Positions 1 through 13,100 are shown, counted from the first letter of the stretch. The stretch: DNA of 64,000 nt from Eledone cirrhosa (GCA_964016885.1 OZ024740.1:196168001-196232000); one strand, 5' to 3'. A program made the numbers and translations. The notes: generated from the letters alone by a model not told the origin.

Positions 1-394
1 ATGGAAGGGTTGAAGCATAGACTCTCGACTCCTAGCCATCACGTACATTTCTGAACCAGTAGCCAATCAGTTGACAGTATTTTGATGACGCAGAGGGATT
101 CCAGTTACTACTTTACTACTGTGTCGCCTGTCACATTTACTGCCATAGCCAGCACAGACTAGAACCGAATCCTGTCGAGCGATTGGTTATTGATTAGGTG
201 AGACCCGTTGATGAAGCCACATGTGCCAATTGTGCTTTATTGCATAGTAAATGCAGACAATGGATGCTGTAGCTCTCTTACTGCATTAGGTGTGGCAGAA
301 ACTTGAGTACGGGTATAAATTTATGGTACCCATTTACGTGTGTTGTATCAAGGCAAATAACTTTGTGTATACTCTGGCGCTATGCAGTTTTACG

Positions 395-942
395 AAAGAC
401 CCACCCTCTATTGTTCTTAGGATGAGGCTTATACCTAGTAGGCAACAGCTTCCTCAACCTGCTATCCCCTCTCATCCACCTCCCTTAGCGGTAACCATAC
501 CTTCCTACTACCCTGACTACATCCTTTTTCCCCAAGCCCCTCCACCCTCCCTAGTCCCCACTGTGTTGTGTCGGTGACACAGCAAAGATGCCCAGTCCAC
601 ACTGTAAAGAACATCCAGCCCACACAGTAAAGTGATTGTGTAGGTGTCACGACAAAAAGTACCCAGCACACACTGTAAATGTGGTTGGCGTTAGGAAGGG
701 CATCCAGCAATAGAAAACCAGCCCCAAAACACCCAGTCCACACTGTATAGACACGGCAAAAAGCACCCAGCACACACTATGTGATTGGTGTTAGTAAGGG
801 CATCCAGCCGTAGAAAACCAGCCAGAAACTCTCCTATATGAGCGAGATACGGTCACCCGACCCAACTTGCCTCTAATTGGGACAAACCCGTCTAACCCAT
901 GCTAGCGTGGAAGATAGACGTTAATTGACGATGATGATGATG
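395..942 (+). mobile_element. RTE LINE 3' end/UTR (older copy)
   Basis: Contains cacactgtaaatgtggttggcgttaggaagggcatccagc (internally duplicated) and ends aacccatgctagcgtggaa...gacgtt(GAT)n, like the other RTE tails in the window. Confidence 0.75.
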
Positions 943-944
943 AT

Positions 945-1124
945 TACAATTATATTTTCACGGTAAAGGTTTTATCTCACATAATATCGAATCTATGAGA
1001 TTTTGATATTATTTATTTTCAGAACAATTGCTTAACAACAGTATGAGTGGCAATTTACAGCAGGTTTGAACAGAAAGAGGTGAGAGAATTCTGGCTGGAT
1101 ACAGTTGGTTTAAATGCTAAATGG
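945..1124. mobile_element. TTAA-type MITE, partial (left end missing where the RTE tail abuts)
   Basis: Homologous to 56147-56366 and 57876-58090; ends ...tgctaaatgg|TTAA. Confidence 0.65.
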
Positions 1125-2159
1125 TTAAGGTAGAAGAGATTAAGAATATAGTTTACAAATATGCTCTCTCCTATGACTACATCTTTAGTACGAGCTTTGT
1201 GGATATTATATCATCTCAAGAATCAAAAGCTTCAGAAAAAATAATATAAGTTTTGATGATTTAGTGTAAAGAATAAAAACTAATGTTAAAATAAAAATAT
1301 ATTTTTAAAAATGAGGTCCTCAAGGGTGTGTGACCCTAAGCCATAGCTTATTTAGCTTCTAGATAAGACCAGTTCTGCATACTACCAATCAATAATATAG
1401 AAAACGTATCCCATTATAACTCTATTAATATTTTTTTATTTATTCTAATTTTTTTCACATTTATTAATTAGAGATGGAAGGTTTTATTAGAACTCCATCT
1501 CACTTTTACTAATGTAGTTTAATTCATCAGATGTAAGATTAGGCAACACTAATATGACTTACATTGTGCTAACTAAAGTCAGCATTAATAATATAGTTAG
1601 TATAACTAAAATTCCACTATATTATTTATAATTATAATAGAATGATAATATGATTATAATAGAATATTTAATTTATGAACTTCATACCACTATAACCACA
1701 TTAAATTTATTTTAATCTATTATAAGTTTAATTTAATTAAAAATAAGTATAACCAGTTTAAATAAAATACAATCTCACTTTCACTTAATATAATTTTAAT
1801 TAATTTATTTTAATTTAATACACTTCAATGTGTATCACCATGCTCTCCTTTAAATTATTTTATTTTACTCTTAATTGGAGTGTGTGTGAGGGGGGTATGA
1901 CCCTTTCAAAGCCTCAAAGACTGGTAAGTTTCCTTTACTGGTTGAACTTCTGTAGTAACATTATTTTCATAGAGGTAACAAGACTCAAAAACTTGCAAGC
2001 TTAGCCAATATTTTTTAGATTTGTATCCTATTTTTTTTACATAGCTATTTAATTTTCTCTATTTGATGCTGTTGTTTTTTACTTACCCAAATTTATTAAA
2101 TTAGCGTTTTTTTTTAAAGATTTGAAACAATTTTAATAAATACTGTTGGCTCCAAATAA

Positions 2160-2385
2160 TCTCTAATTTAAGTAAAATGGGGAATTCCACTGTAGAGCCT
2201 AAGTCTCTTATGTATATATATATATATATGTGATCCGGCTATACATGACCCTTCTACCATTACTCTTTAGTACTAATGATCTTTAATTTGTAAGAAAAAT
2301 GAGGAATTCCACTGTAGAGCCTAAGGCTCTAATGTATATATGATCCGTCCTTACATGATCCTTCCACCATCACTCTTTAGTACTA
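2160..2385. repeat. Diverged ~120-bp tandem duplication
   Basis: ggaattccactgtagagcctaag...tgatcc...catga.cctt..acca..actctttagtacta occurs twice. Confidence 0.75.
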
Positions 2386-2506
2386 TTCTTGTCATCATTG
2401 TACCCCTCTACTCTTTCCCACATTGCCTCCATTCCATTCACACCCCTCTGTTTCACTCTACCATATTTGTCATACATCTCTGTTCCAGTTTAACTCCTCA
2501 TTCTAT

Positions 2507-3072
2507 TAATAATAATGAAATTATTGTGTACAGTGCTCAGGTGCACTACAACTCATCAAAGGTGCATGTATAGTACATAGAATAATGTACAAATGTCAGG
2601 AAAATGAACAGTGTATGAGTCATGATATAATAATAATAATAATAATGAAATATTGTGTACAGTGCCCAGGTGCACCACAACTCATCAAAAAGTGCATGTA
2701 CAGTACATAGGGCAATGCACAAACATCAGGAGTCATGATACACACGTGTGCATGTGTATGAAAGGGGTACGTCAGGTGTAGTTTTGGCGTATTTCGGGAA
2801 GCATGAGTGTCTTAAAGGATGCAGTGTCTCGGCAGCTAACAACTGACACAGGCAGTTTGTTCCATGCTTCAGCAACTCTGAGCGTGAAAAAATGTCTACG
2901 AAAGTCATGGGAGCTGTGCTGTTTTCTGATTTTGTAGGCATGTCCACGTGTGTTAGACACATGGAGATCAAAAAGGTGCTCAGGGCTGCAATTGGCGAGA
3001 TGGTTAATAACTTTGTGGGTATTCACCAAGTCCATTGCCAGACGTCGGAGCTTCAATGAATCCATGCCCACT
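2507..3072 (-). mobile_element. CR1-clade LINE 3' fragments (two adjacent copies, family A)
   Basis: ORF 2772-3146 ends ...LGMDSLKLRR...TRGHAYKI...FFTLRVAEAWNKLP, a CR1-type ORF2 C-terminus. (ATT)n tails. Same family as 49150, 51300 and 56375. Confidence 0.85.
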
Positions 3073-3599
3073 TGGAACAAGGCAATCTCCTCAAGGTTGA
3101 TGCCACTATAAAATACATTCAGTATTTTCTTTGAAGTTGTTAACATTCAAACAATAACAATATAGGATAGTGTTAGTGCCATGATAAAATTCACCAAGTT
3201 TATTTTATAAAGTAGTTAGAGGTTTGGTTGTGCAACCAACCATAGAAACCATGCCAAACAAAGGGCTGAGAGAACTCTTCAGTCCTGTCAAGAATATGGC
3301 AACCTCTCTAGTGCTGGTGCCACAATAAAATACACTCATTATACTCTGTAAAGTGATGGGCATTAGGAAGGGCATCCAATTATAGAAACCATACCAAAAC
3401 TGGAATATGTGAGCAAGACATGGCTCCTGGCTTATCAATGAGGACAGAAGCTCTGATTAAGTACTGACTTGGTCTGTGATCTATCTCATGCCAGCATAGA
3501 AAAACAGACCTTAAATGATGATGATATGATGATACACAAACACACACATATACATACATATATAGTAAAAGACAGTAGAAAAATACAAAGGGCAAATGG

Positions 3600-4185
3600 T
3601 GACAAATGAAACAAAACAAAACAAAGTAGTGTTTTACCCAGTGTATTTTAGCATGATATTTCAGGGCTATTACCCTCTTTTCAGATGCGAAGCTGAAACA
3701 GTCTAAGACAAAACAAAATGAGCGATTGGAGTTTTCTTCCCTAACTGGTCTATGTGTTTCCGAAATGCATGCATGGGGTCGCTACATTAACCAGACCTAT
3801 TATTTATCCCTATAATCCTTTCAGTCACCTCTATGGTGACCTCAATCCTTTCAGTCACCTCTATGGTGACCTCAATATATTGGCTGCGGCATCTGTCAAG
3901 ATGTTTTCTAACAGAAGAGGCTCTCATTATCACGTGCTCTTTGATCCGTATGTGTAGACTCCTTATGGTATTTCCGATGTAAGAAGAGTTACATTTTTTT
4001 TGCATGTGATCTTATAGACCACTTATGCTCTCATGCACACTTCTGCATTGTTGATGCAACAATTAAGAAGTGCGCATATATTGTCTGTGGAGTAGTCTCC
4101 TCAATGAGGATCCCAAGTATGCCAGCTATATATTCAGTCCCTCCCTATGGATGACTTGTCTGATGGCAGCTGTCATCTTCTCATT
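3600..4185 (-). mobile_element. Penelope-like element fragment (GIY-YIG endonuclease end plus degenerate hammerhead)
   Basis: ORF 3787-4005 reads CNSSYIGNTIRSLHIRIKEH...SSVRKH, a GIY-YIG signature. Internal 30-bp tandem duplication at 3814-3876. Hammerhead-like motif downstream at 3651-3688. Confidence 0.75.
3651..3688 (-). ncRNA. Degenerate minimal type I hammerhead ribozyme
   Basis: gcat-CTGAAAA-g-aggg(taatag)ccct-GAAA-TATC-atgc. Stems I and II are intact; the core differs from CUGANGA, and GAAATATC could be CpG-decayed GAAACGTC. Confidence 0.55.
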
Positions 4186-4219
4186 GAAATGTATGCATAC
4201 ATACATACTTACATACATA

Positions 4220-4264
<45 letters not shown>

Positions 4265-5696
4265 TGGCTGTGGCTGCATCTCGATTTCAAGAATTGCCAT
4301 CCCTTGATCTTTTTCTCACACATAGGTTGCACAAATATGATTTTTTACTCCTGCTAAGGACTTAGATTCCTTTCTGTATATGTTGCAGTGAAAAAAGAAA
4401 AGGCCATGCTTCCTCAACACATGTGAAAGTCATTTAGATCAAATGATACGTGTGCTTAGGGAGATTTCACTGCTATTTCTACTACACACTGACTATGTGG
4501 CATGTACTCTCATTGGTTTATACATACATTTATAAGAAAACAAAATTACACATCGAGGTAAAATATGGAATTCCTTAACTCTTTTGACAATTAACTGCCT
4601 GAACTGACCCTTGTTCTGCAATACATGGTTGTTTATGTAAAAGTGATTATATTTATCTAAAAACCTTTCATTTTAATTTTACATCAATTATTGATTAGCA
4701 ATTAATTGACCTTACTTTATCAGCCGATACCAATTAATCAGCTGCTAATTATCTATAATGTAATTAAGTGTTGTAATATGAAATACATATTATAATAAAT
4801 TCTACTGAGGTTAGTTTTGCCTTTCATCTTTATGGGGTTATTAAGATAAAGTACCAGTAATGCACTGGCGGAAATTCAATCAATGTTACCCAACCCTATA
4901 ATTGTTGGCCTTGTACTTAAATCAGAAAACATTAATTGTTATATTTGGAGAGGCTCATGTTGTTATAATATTGCCAGAAATATATAGTAAAACACACTCA
5001 CTGTTTGGTTAGGTTTTCACTTCAGTATATTTTTATATTTTTATGAATAATTCAGCTAGCAATTATTAATTGTAAGCAATATATTGCAATATTCCATAAT
5101 TAATCACAATTATGTAACTACTATTTGAGAGACCATGATGACAAAATTAGACTGATTTTACTGTAGTAATATATACATGCCTGCAAGAAATTGGCTATGC
5201 TCTGAAAATGGATAAATTTTGATGTTTTACATTATAAATTACGAGTAATTAAATTTAATCGATAAATTTTATTACTACAAAATATTTTGAATACCTTTAA
5301 ATAAACATGTAATCGGAATCTTTATAATTTCTAATTAATTTCTTTTTAACCCTTAATATCCTGTAATAATTTAGCAGAAAATATAAAAACATGCTTGTTA
5401 TTCCAATATTTACAGTGTCTTTACTAATGGACAGATCATTGTGAATATGATCATAGTGCTGTTTTGTACTTCTGTTAATGCACAGGTGGTACAGGACGTC
5501 AAGAGTTAAAAGATCAACTCAACATATATCCTCGCAGGTAGGTAGGAGGGATCCCATCTACTTTAACCCCCTTTAACCTACTGGGAGTTATGCCCCCTGG
5601 GCAGTCCCACATGATTTCCAGTTGCGTAGATCAGTGAATTTGGGCACTAGGAATAGTTATATGGTACTGGCAGGCTCAGACTGTGTATCCTAGGTA

Positions 5697-5885
5697 ATAA
5701 TTGTTTCTATTTTTGGCACAAGGCCAGCAATTACCCAGTACATTACTGGTACTTTATTTTATCGACCCCGTAAGGATGAAAGGCAAAGTTAACCTCAACG
5801 GGATTTGTACGCAAACCATAAAGGGGCGTGACTCTATGCTTCAAAGCATGGTGTCCAACTCTCTACCGATACTGCCAACCCACGT
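5697..5885 (-). mobile_element. tRNA-derived SINE ('gcctttcatcc...aaagtaccag' family)
   Basis: Reverse complement reads ttggcagtatcggtagag...gaggttaactttgcctttcatccttacggggtcgataaaataaagtaccag. Many copies: ~4800, 37805, 40860, 44790, 46800, 48945, 53240, 53480, 58400, 63945. Confidence 0.75.
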
Positions 5886-6544
5886 AAATCTACATATTAA
5901 AGTGAAACATCGTTAGGTAGGATATTCAACAGTTCTTATAATTAATGTTTGATTTTGAAACATCTGTGTCAGGAATCATAAATTATCGACACAAACAAGA
6001 TGACTAGACAAATGGAGACACATTCTTATGATTAAACATTCTACATTTGGTAACAGAGCTCTCACAAGAGCTTTGGTATCTGGAATGTGTGACCTACAGT
6101 CTATGCAAAGGATATGTCAGACATCTTTGATGAAGACGTTCCAGGAATTTGGTTGGCTATTTATAAGATATGTTAAACTGGGGTACAGAAGAGCTATCAA
6201 AAAACTTTAACGTTATGTTTGGATGTTTTTCAAGGATTGAGAAGGGTCTTGGTGCCTCTTAAATACACGCGCGTGTGCATATATATTAGAGGGTGTGGTG
6301 AGATACCAGGTGGACCATAATGCACCAAAGTACTCAATACTTAGGGTAGTAGAGTGGGTAATATGAAAAGAGTCAGGACCCCGATGGCTGTTTCGACCGC
6401 TAGATCTGAACTGCTATATTCGGATGTAGCTGTCGAAATGGCCAGAGCTCAGAGATTCTGGTATTGAAATCCAAGACTTGGCAATGACAGACTCACGTGG
6501 AGATCAATTGTTGAGTCCATTTTGGCTGAGGCCGCCGGATGATG

Positions 6545-6599
6545 ATGTATATATATATATATATGTATGTATATATATATATATGTGTATATATATATG

Positions 6600-6650
<51 letters not shown>

Positions 6651-6683
6651 GTATATATATATATGTATATATATATATATGTG

Positions 6684-6766
<83 letters not shown>

Positions 6767-6778
6767 GTATATATATAT
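6545..6778. repeat. (TA)n/(TATATG) microsatellite
   Basis: Seen directly in the sequence. Confidence 0.95.
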
Positions 6779-7546
6779 GCAGAGGATATACGCAGACTAG
6801 AGAGGAACGAAGCTTGCATGCTCCGCTGGATGTGTAACAGTAATATACGTGAACGGCAAAGCATAAACGAACTAAGGAAAAAATTAGAAATAAGAGGGAT
6901 CAGATGTTGTTTACTCGAGAGAGGGCTACGTTGGTACGGTCACGTGATGCGCATGAAAGACGACAGCTGTATAACAAAGTGCAGGGCAATAAAGATAGAC
7001 GGTAGCCACGGAGTAGGCAGACCCAGAAAAACCTGGGACGAGCTGATAAATTCCGACCTCACACACTTACACCTCTCCAAGACAATGTCACTGGACCAAG
7101 ATCTTTGGCGGTACTCAGTAATAGAGAAGACCCGCCTTACCTAAATATGAAGTAAAACCTACTACAGTCAGTAGGCATCTCTAACAAAATACACCCCCGT
7201 CCCACCACCCTCACCCCATCCACACCACCCCTTTCAATGTAAAGTTATGTTGGTGCCGCGCCATCCAGGCCGAAACAAATGAGATCGTGTAGGTGTCACG
7301 ACAAAAAAACACACAGTCCACGCTGTAATGTGGCCGTGTAGGCAACACGGTAAAAACCTCCCAGCCCCACACTGTAAATGTGGTTGGTGTTAGGAAGGGC
7401 ATCCAGCTGTAGAAAACCCGCCAGACAAGTCCTATGCGAGTAAGACAATCACTCTTGCCTCAAGTGGGAAATACCCCCGTCCAAACCCATGCAAGCGTGG
7501 AACACGGACGTTAAACGTTGATGATGATGATGATGATGATGATGAT
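6779..7546 (+). mobile_element. RTE LINE, 5'-truncated
   Basis: Encodes [19 protein letters not shown]...[10 protein letters not shown]...GRPRKTW, stop at 7144. 3' UTR and (GAT)n tail; (TA)n on both sides. Confidence 0.92.
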
Positions 7547-7573
7547 ATGTATATATATATATATATGTATATA

Positions 7574-7642
<69 letters not shown>

Positions 7643-7720
7643 GTATATATATGTATATATATATATATGTATATATATGTATATGTATATATATATATAC
7701 ATATATGTATATATATATAC

Positions 7721-9052
7721 ATAACGCTCATAGCTGAATCAATGGCCGAGCTAGAGAAGAAATTCCAAACATGGAAGCACGGCCTAGAATCAAAAGGCCT
7801 TAAAATTAACCTGGCTAAGACTAAAGTTCTAGTTTGTAGGAAAGAAAATAAATAAGGCGATGGTCCCTTCCGGGAAATGGCCATGCTCAGTGTGTAGGAA
7901 AGGCGTAGGTAGAAACTCCATTTTATGTTCAAAATGCAAAATATGGGTGCATAAACGATGTAGTGGGATCACAGGTAAGCTAACTAAGAACATAGATTTT
8001 GCATGTGGCCGGTGCTCTGGTGCAATAAGTAGCAGCAAGTGCCCACAGAATACTAGCTCTTTCAATTGCGCAGAAGGTTCTATAGAAACAGTGGACAGCT
8101 TCCGTTACCTGGGTGACAAAATCAGCAGTGGGGGAGGGTGCTCTGAAAGTACAGTAGCTAGAGTCAGAACGGGATGGAAAAAGTTCAGAGAGCTTATACC
8201 ACTATTGGCCGCTAAAGGGCCTCCCTAAAAATGAAAGGCAAGCTGTATGATGCCTGGATACGAACAGCAATGTTGCATGGCAGTGAGACCTGGGCATTGT
8301 GTGCAGAGGATATATGCAGACTAGAGAGGAACGAAGCTTGCATGCTCCACTGGATGTGTAATAGTAATATACGCGAACGGCAAAGCATAAACGAACTAAG
8401 GGAAAAATTAAAAATAAGAGGGATCAGATGTTGTTTACTCGAGAGAAGGCTACGTTGGTAGGGTCACGTGATGTGCATGAAAGACGACAGCTGTATAAAA
8501 ATGTGCAGGGCAATAAAGATAGACGGTAGCCACGGAGTAGGCAGACCCAGACAAACCTGGGACGACCTGATAAATTCCGACCTCACACACTTACACCTCT
8601 CCAAGACAATGTCACTGGACCGAGACCTATGGCGGTACTTAATAATAGAGAAGACCCGCCTTACCTAAATACAAAGTAAAACCTACTACAGCCAGTAGGC
8701 ATCTCTAACAAAATACACCCCCGCCCCCACCCCATCTACACCGCCCCTTTCAATGTAAAGTTATGTTGGTGCCACAACATCCAGGCCGAAACAAATGAGA
8801 TCGTGTAGGTGTCACGTCAAAAAACACACAGTCCACGCTGTAATGTGGCCGTGTAGGCAACACGGTAAAAACCTCCCAGTCCCACACTGTAAATGTGGTT
8901 GGTGTTAGGAAGGGCATCCAGCTGTAGAAAACCCGCCAGACAGTCCTATGCGAGCAAGACAACCCCTCTTGCCTCAAGTGGGAAAACTCCCGTCCAAACC
9001 CATGCAAGCATGGAACATGGACGTTAAACGATGATGATGATGATGATGATGA

Positions 9053-9055
<3 letters not shown>
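7721..9055 (+). mobile_element. RTE LINE, 5'-truncated, frameshifted
   Basis: RT C-terminal part ([17 protein letters not shown]), PHD-like Cys/His insert, stops and frameshifts, (GAT)n tail. Confidence 0.92.
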
Positions 9056-9095
<40 letters not shown>

Positions 9096-9098
<3 letters not shown>

Positions 9099-9422
9099 GG
9101 CATATGGCTTAATGGTTAGAGCATTGGCCTTGCAATCGAAAGGTTGTGAGTTCAATTCTCGGACCGGGTGATGTGTTGTTTCTTTGAGCAAGAGACTTTA
9201 TTTCAAATTGCTCCAGTTTACTCAGCTGTAGAAATGAGATGATAGGGGCAGGGGTCCCTAACATTCCACTGCAAAGTGGTCGTGGAGGTGCCACGACAAA
9301 AAAGCACCCAGCACTCACTGTAAATGAGGTTGGTGTTAGGAAGGGTATCCAGCTGTAGAAATCAAGCCAGTATCAGTTCCCGTCCCACCCTTGCAAGCAG
9401 GGAACAAGCGGACGTAAAATGA
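9096..9422 (+). mobile_element. tRNA-derived SINE with RTE-derived 3' tail
   Basis: A box tggcttaatgg and B box gagttcaattc, a central ttgagcaag.cactt...ttgctccagt..actcagctg domain, and a 3' part matching the RTE UTR (tgttaggaaggg.atccagctgtagaaa...ggacgtaaaatga). Confidence 0.85.
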
Positions 9423-9430
9423 AATGTAAA

Positions 9431-9597
9431 ATGTATATATATGTATATATATATATATGTATATGTATATATTTGTATATATATATATGTATATATATAT
9501 GTATATATATATGTATATGTATATATATATATTTATATATATGTATATATATATGTATATATATATGTATATGTATATATATATATTTATATATATG

Positions 9598-9630
<33 letters not shown>

Positions 9631-9840
9631 GTATATGTATATGTATATATATATTTATATATATGTATATATATATATATGTATATATATATTTATATAT
9701 GTATATATATATATATATATATTTATATGTATATATATATATATTTATATGTATATATATATGTATATATATATTTATATATGTATATATATATATATAT
9801 TTATATGTATATATATATATATTTATATATTTATATGTAT

Positions 9841-9879
<39 letters not shown>

Positions 9880-9891
9880 CATATATATATT

Positions 9892-9928
<37 letters not shown>

Positions 9929-10041
9929 GTATATATATATATATTTATATGTATATATATATTTATATGTATATATATATATACATATAAATATATATAT
10001 ATATATACATATACATATAAATATATATATGTATATACATA
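9431..10041. repeat. (TA)n-derived microsatellite
   Basis: Seen directly in the sequence. Confidence 0.95.
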
Positions 10042-12437
10042 TAAAAAGTATGGCGGGATGGGGGAAGTAGAGAAGACTATCAAGTGGCCAGGAGGGAAGC
10101 TAGGAGACAAGTGTACTTAGCAAGAAGGGAAGCTGAGGAAAGAAAGTTCAAGCATGTTCTACAACGCGATGACCATAAACGTGAGGTGTTCAGGATTGCT
10201 AGGCAATGCGTCAAGGAAAACCGTGATATTGTCGGGGAGAAGTGTGTACTAAACGACGATGGCACACTTGCCATCACCGACGCTGATAAGAAGGTAGCTT
10301 GGAAGTGTCACTATGAAAGGCTACTAAATGAGGAGAATAAATGGGAGAAAGACAGTCTCCCCCATATCGACCCAATAGAGGGACCAGCAGTGTTAGTCGA
10401 GGGGAGTATAATAAGTAAGGCAATCAAGGATATGAAGACGGGTAAGGCGGCTGGGCCTTCGGAAATAGTTGCTGAGATGCTGAAGGCATCTGGCACGGTG
10501 GGACACACCATGGTCCCCCGTATAGTTAACCAAGTCGTACAGAATGGGGTTGTTCCGAAGGACTGGCATAGCAGCATCATCGTTAACTGTTATAAGGGTA
10601 AAGGAGACGCCCTAGATAGGAGTAACTATAGAGGCATTAAATTAATCGACCAGGTCATGAAGGTCACGGAAAAAGTAATAGCGCAACTAATCAGAGAGAG
10701 AATTGACCTAGATGAAATGCAGTTCGGGTTTGTGTCAGGCAAAAGTACCACAGACGCTCTTTTCATAGTACGACAACTACAGGAGAAGTACCTAGCTAAA
10801 GGTAAACCCCTCTACTTAGCTTTTGTCGACTTGGAGAAAGCCTTCGACAGAGTCCCCCGCTCCATTATCTAGTGGGCTCTTAGAAAACTAGGCGTTGACG
10901 AATGGCTTGTGAGGGCTATACAAGCCATGTATAAAGAAACAGTCAGCAAGGTTAGAATTAACAACGAATATAGTGAAGAGTTTAGCGTAAAAGTTGGCGT
11001 CCATCAGGTCTCTGTTCTCAGCCCCCTACTATTTATTATTGCCCTTCAGGCTATAACAGAGGAGTTCAAGACAGGCTGCCCATGGGAACTCCTATACGCA
11101 GACGACCTGACACTCATAGCGGAATCAATGGCCGAGCTAGAGAAGAAATTCCAAACATGGAAGCACGGCCTAGAGTCAAAAGGACTTAAAATTAACCTGG
11201 CTAAGACCAAAGTACTAGTTTGTAGGAAAGAAAACAAGGCGGCGGTCCCTTCTGGGAAATGGTCGTGCTCGGTGTGTAGGAAAGGCGTAGGTAGAAACTC
11301 CATTTTATGTCCTAAATGCAAAGTATGGGTGCATAAAAGATGTAGTGGGATCACAGGTAAGCTAACTAAGAACATAGATTTTACATGTGGCCGGTGTTCT
11401 GGTGCAATAAGTAGCAGCAAGTGCCCACAGAATACTAGCTCTTTCAATTGCGCAGAGGGTTCTATAGAAATAGTGGACAGCTTCCGTTACCTGGGCGATA
11501 AAATCAGCAGTGGGGGAGGGTGCTCTGAAAGTACTGTAGCTAGAGTCAGAACTGGTTGGAAAAAGTTCAGAGAGCTTATACCACTATTAGCTGCTAAAGG
11601 GTTCTCCCTAAAAATGAAAGGCAGGTTGTACGATGCCTGCATACGAACAGCAATGCTGCATGGCAGTGAGACCTGGGCATTGTGTGCAGAGGATATACGC
11701 AGACTAGAGAGGAACGAAGCTTGCATGCTCCGCTGGATGTGTAACAGTAATATACGTGAACGGCAAAGCATAAACGAACTAAGGAAAAAATTAGAGATAA
11801 GAGGGATCAGATGTTGTTTACTCGAGAGAAGGCTACGTTGGTAGGGTCACGTGATGTGCATGAAAGACGACAGCTGTATAAAAATGTGCAGGGCAATAAA
11901 GATAGACGGTAGCCACGGAGTAGGCAGACGCAGACAAACCTGGGACGACCTGATAAATTCCGACCTCACACACTTACACCTCTCCAAGACAATGTCACTG
12001 GACCGAGACCTATGGCGGTACTTAATAATAGAGAAGACCCGCCTTACCTAAATACAAAGTAAAACCTACTACAGCCAGTAGGCATCTCTAACAAAATACA
12101 CCCCCGCCCCCACCCCATCTACACCGCCCCTTTCAATGTAAAGTTATGTTGGTGCCACAACATCCAGGCCGAAACAAATGAGATCGTGTAGGTGTCACGT
12201 CAAAAAACACACAGTCCACGCTGTAATGTGGCCGTGTAGGCAACACGGTAAAAACCTCCCAGACCCACACTGTAAATGTGGTTGGTGTTAGGAAGGGCAT
12301 CCAACTGTAGAAAACCTGCCAGACAGTCCTATGCGAGCAAGACAATCACTCTTGTCTCAAGTGGGACTACCCCCGTCCAAACCCATGCAAGCATGGAACA
12401 CGGACGTTAAACGTTGATGATGATGATGATGATGATG
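10042..12437 (+). mobile_element. RTE LINE, longest copy (reverse transcriptase, 5'-truncated, premature stops)
   Basis: [53 protein letters not shown]; stops at 10870 and 11842. 3' UTR with (GAT)n tail. Confidence 0.95.
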
Positions 12438-12449
12438 ATATATATATAT

Positions 12450-12487
<38 letters not shown>

Positions 12488-12599
12488 GTATATATATATA
12501 TATATATATATTTATATGTATATATATATATATATATATATGTATCATCATCATCATCAACGTTTAACGTCCGTGTTCCCCGCTTGCATGTGTTCTATC

Positions 12600-13100
12600 T
12601 TAGCAAGGGTAAATTAGAGAACATAGAAATAAAAATAGAATCCACACACAGAAAAGATGCAATGTTTAGGCAAATTACAGAGGCAGTAAGCATAAGAGAA
12701 TTACAACCAAAATTAAATAGAAAATATGAGTGGAACAGCAACATCACAACTTACAATTAAGGACAAAATGAAAACACACACACACATAAAACAAACAACC
12801 AACCAACAACATGTAAATAAATAAACAAATAGATAAATGAACACAAACACACACAGACACCCGGATGTGACGCATGCGCAAACTGAGCACACAACACACA
12901 CACAGAAACAAAATGGCGTAGGACAGAAGAAAGGAAAGGCACAGAAACAAAGAAAGGAATCCCCAGTCACTGAAGAGGTCACAGAGTGTGTGACGAAAGG
13001 ACTATGACTATATATAAACCACTATCTGGTTGTGGAACCAACCAACCAACCAGAAATTTATAAGTTTGTAGATTTGTAAATTTATAAATTTATAAATATA
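12600..13100 (+). mobile_element. Penelope-like element 3' fragment/pLTR
   Basis: 12656-12733 translates to [26 protein letters not shown] (GIY-YIG C-terminal R..TEA..I....P.LN), followed by an AC-rich UTR and a hammerhead. Confidence 0.7.
12965..13009 (+). ncRNA. Type I hammerhead ribozyme (PLE-associated)
   Basis: agtca-CTGAAGA-g-gtcaca(gagtg)tgtgac-GAAA-G(GA)C-TA-tgact. 5-bp stem I, 6-bp stem II, minimal stem III, CUA triplet. Confidence 0.75.

Noticed and set aside
1400-1880. Very AT-rich tract with small hairpins, possible NUMT or control region
   Set aside because: No recognisable mitochondrial gene, rRNA or tRNA; more likely a decayed repeat UTR.
9096-9175. tRNA gene
   Set aside because: A and B boxes are present, but the sequence continues into a SINE body found in several copies and has no clean acceptor stem.
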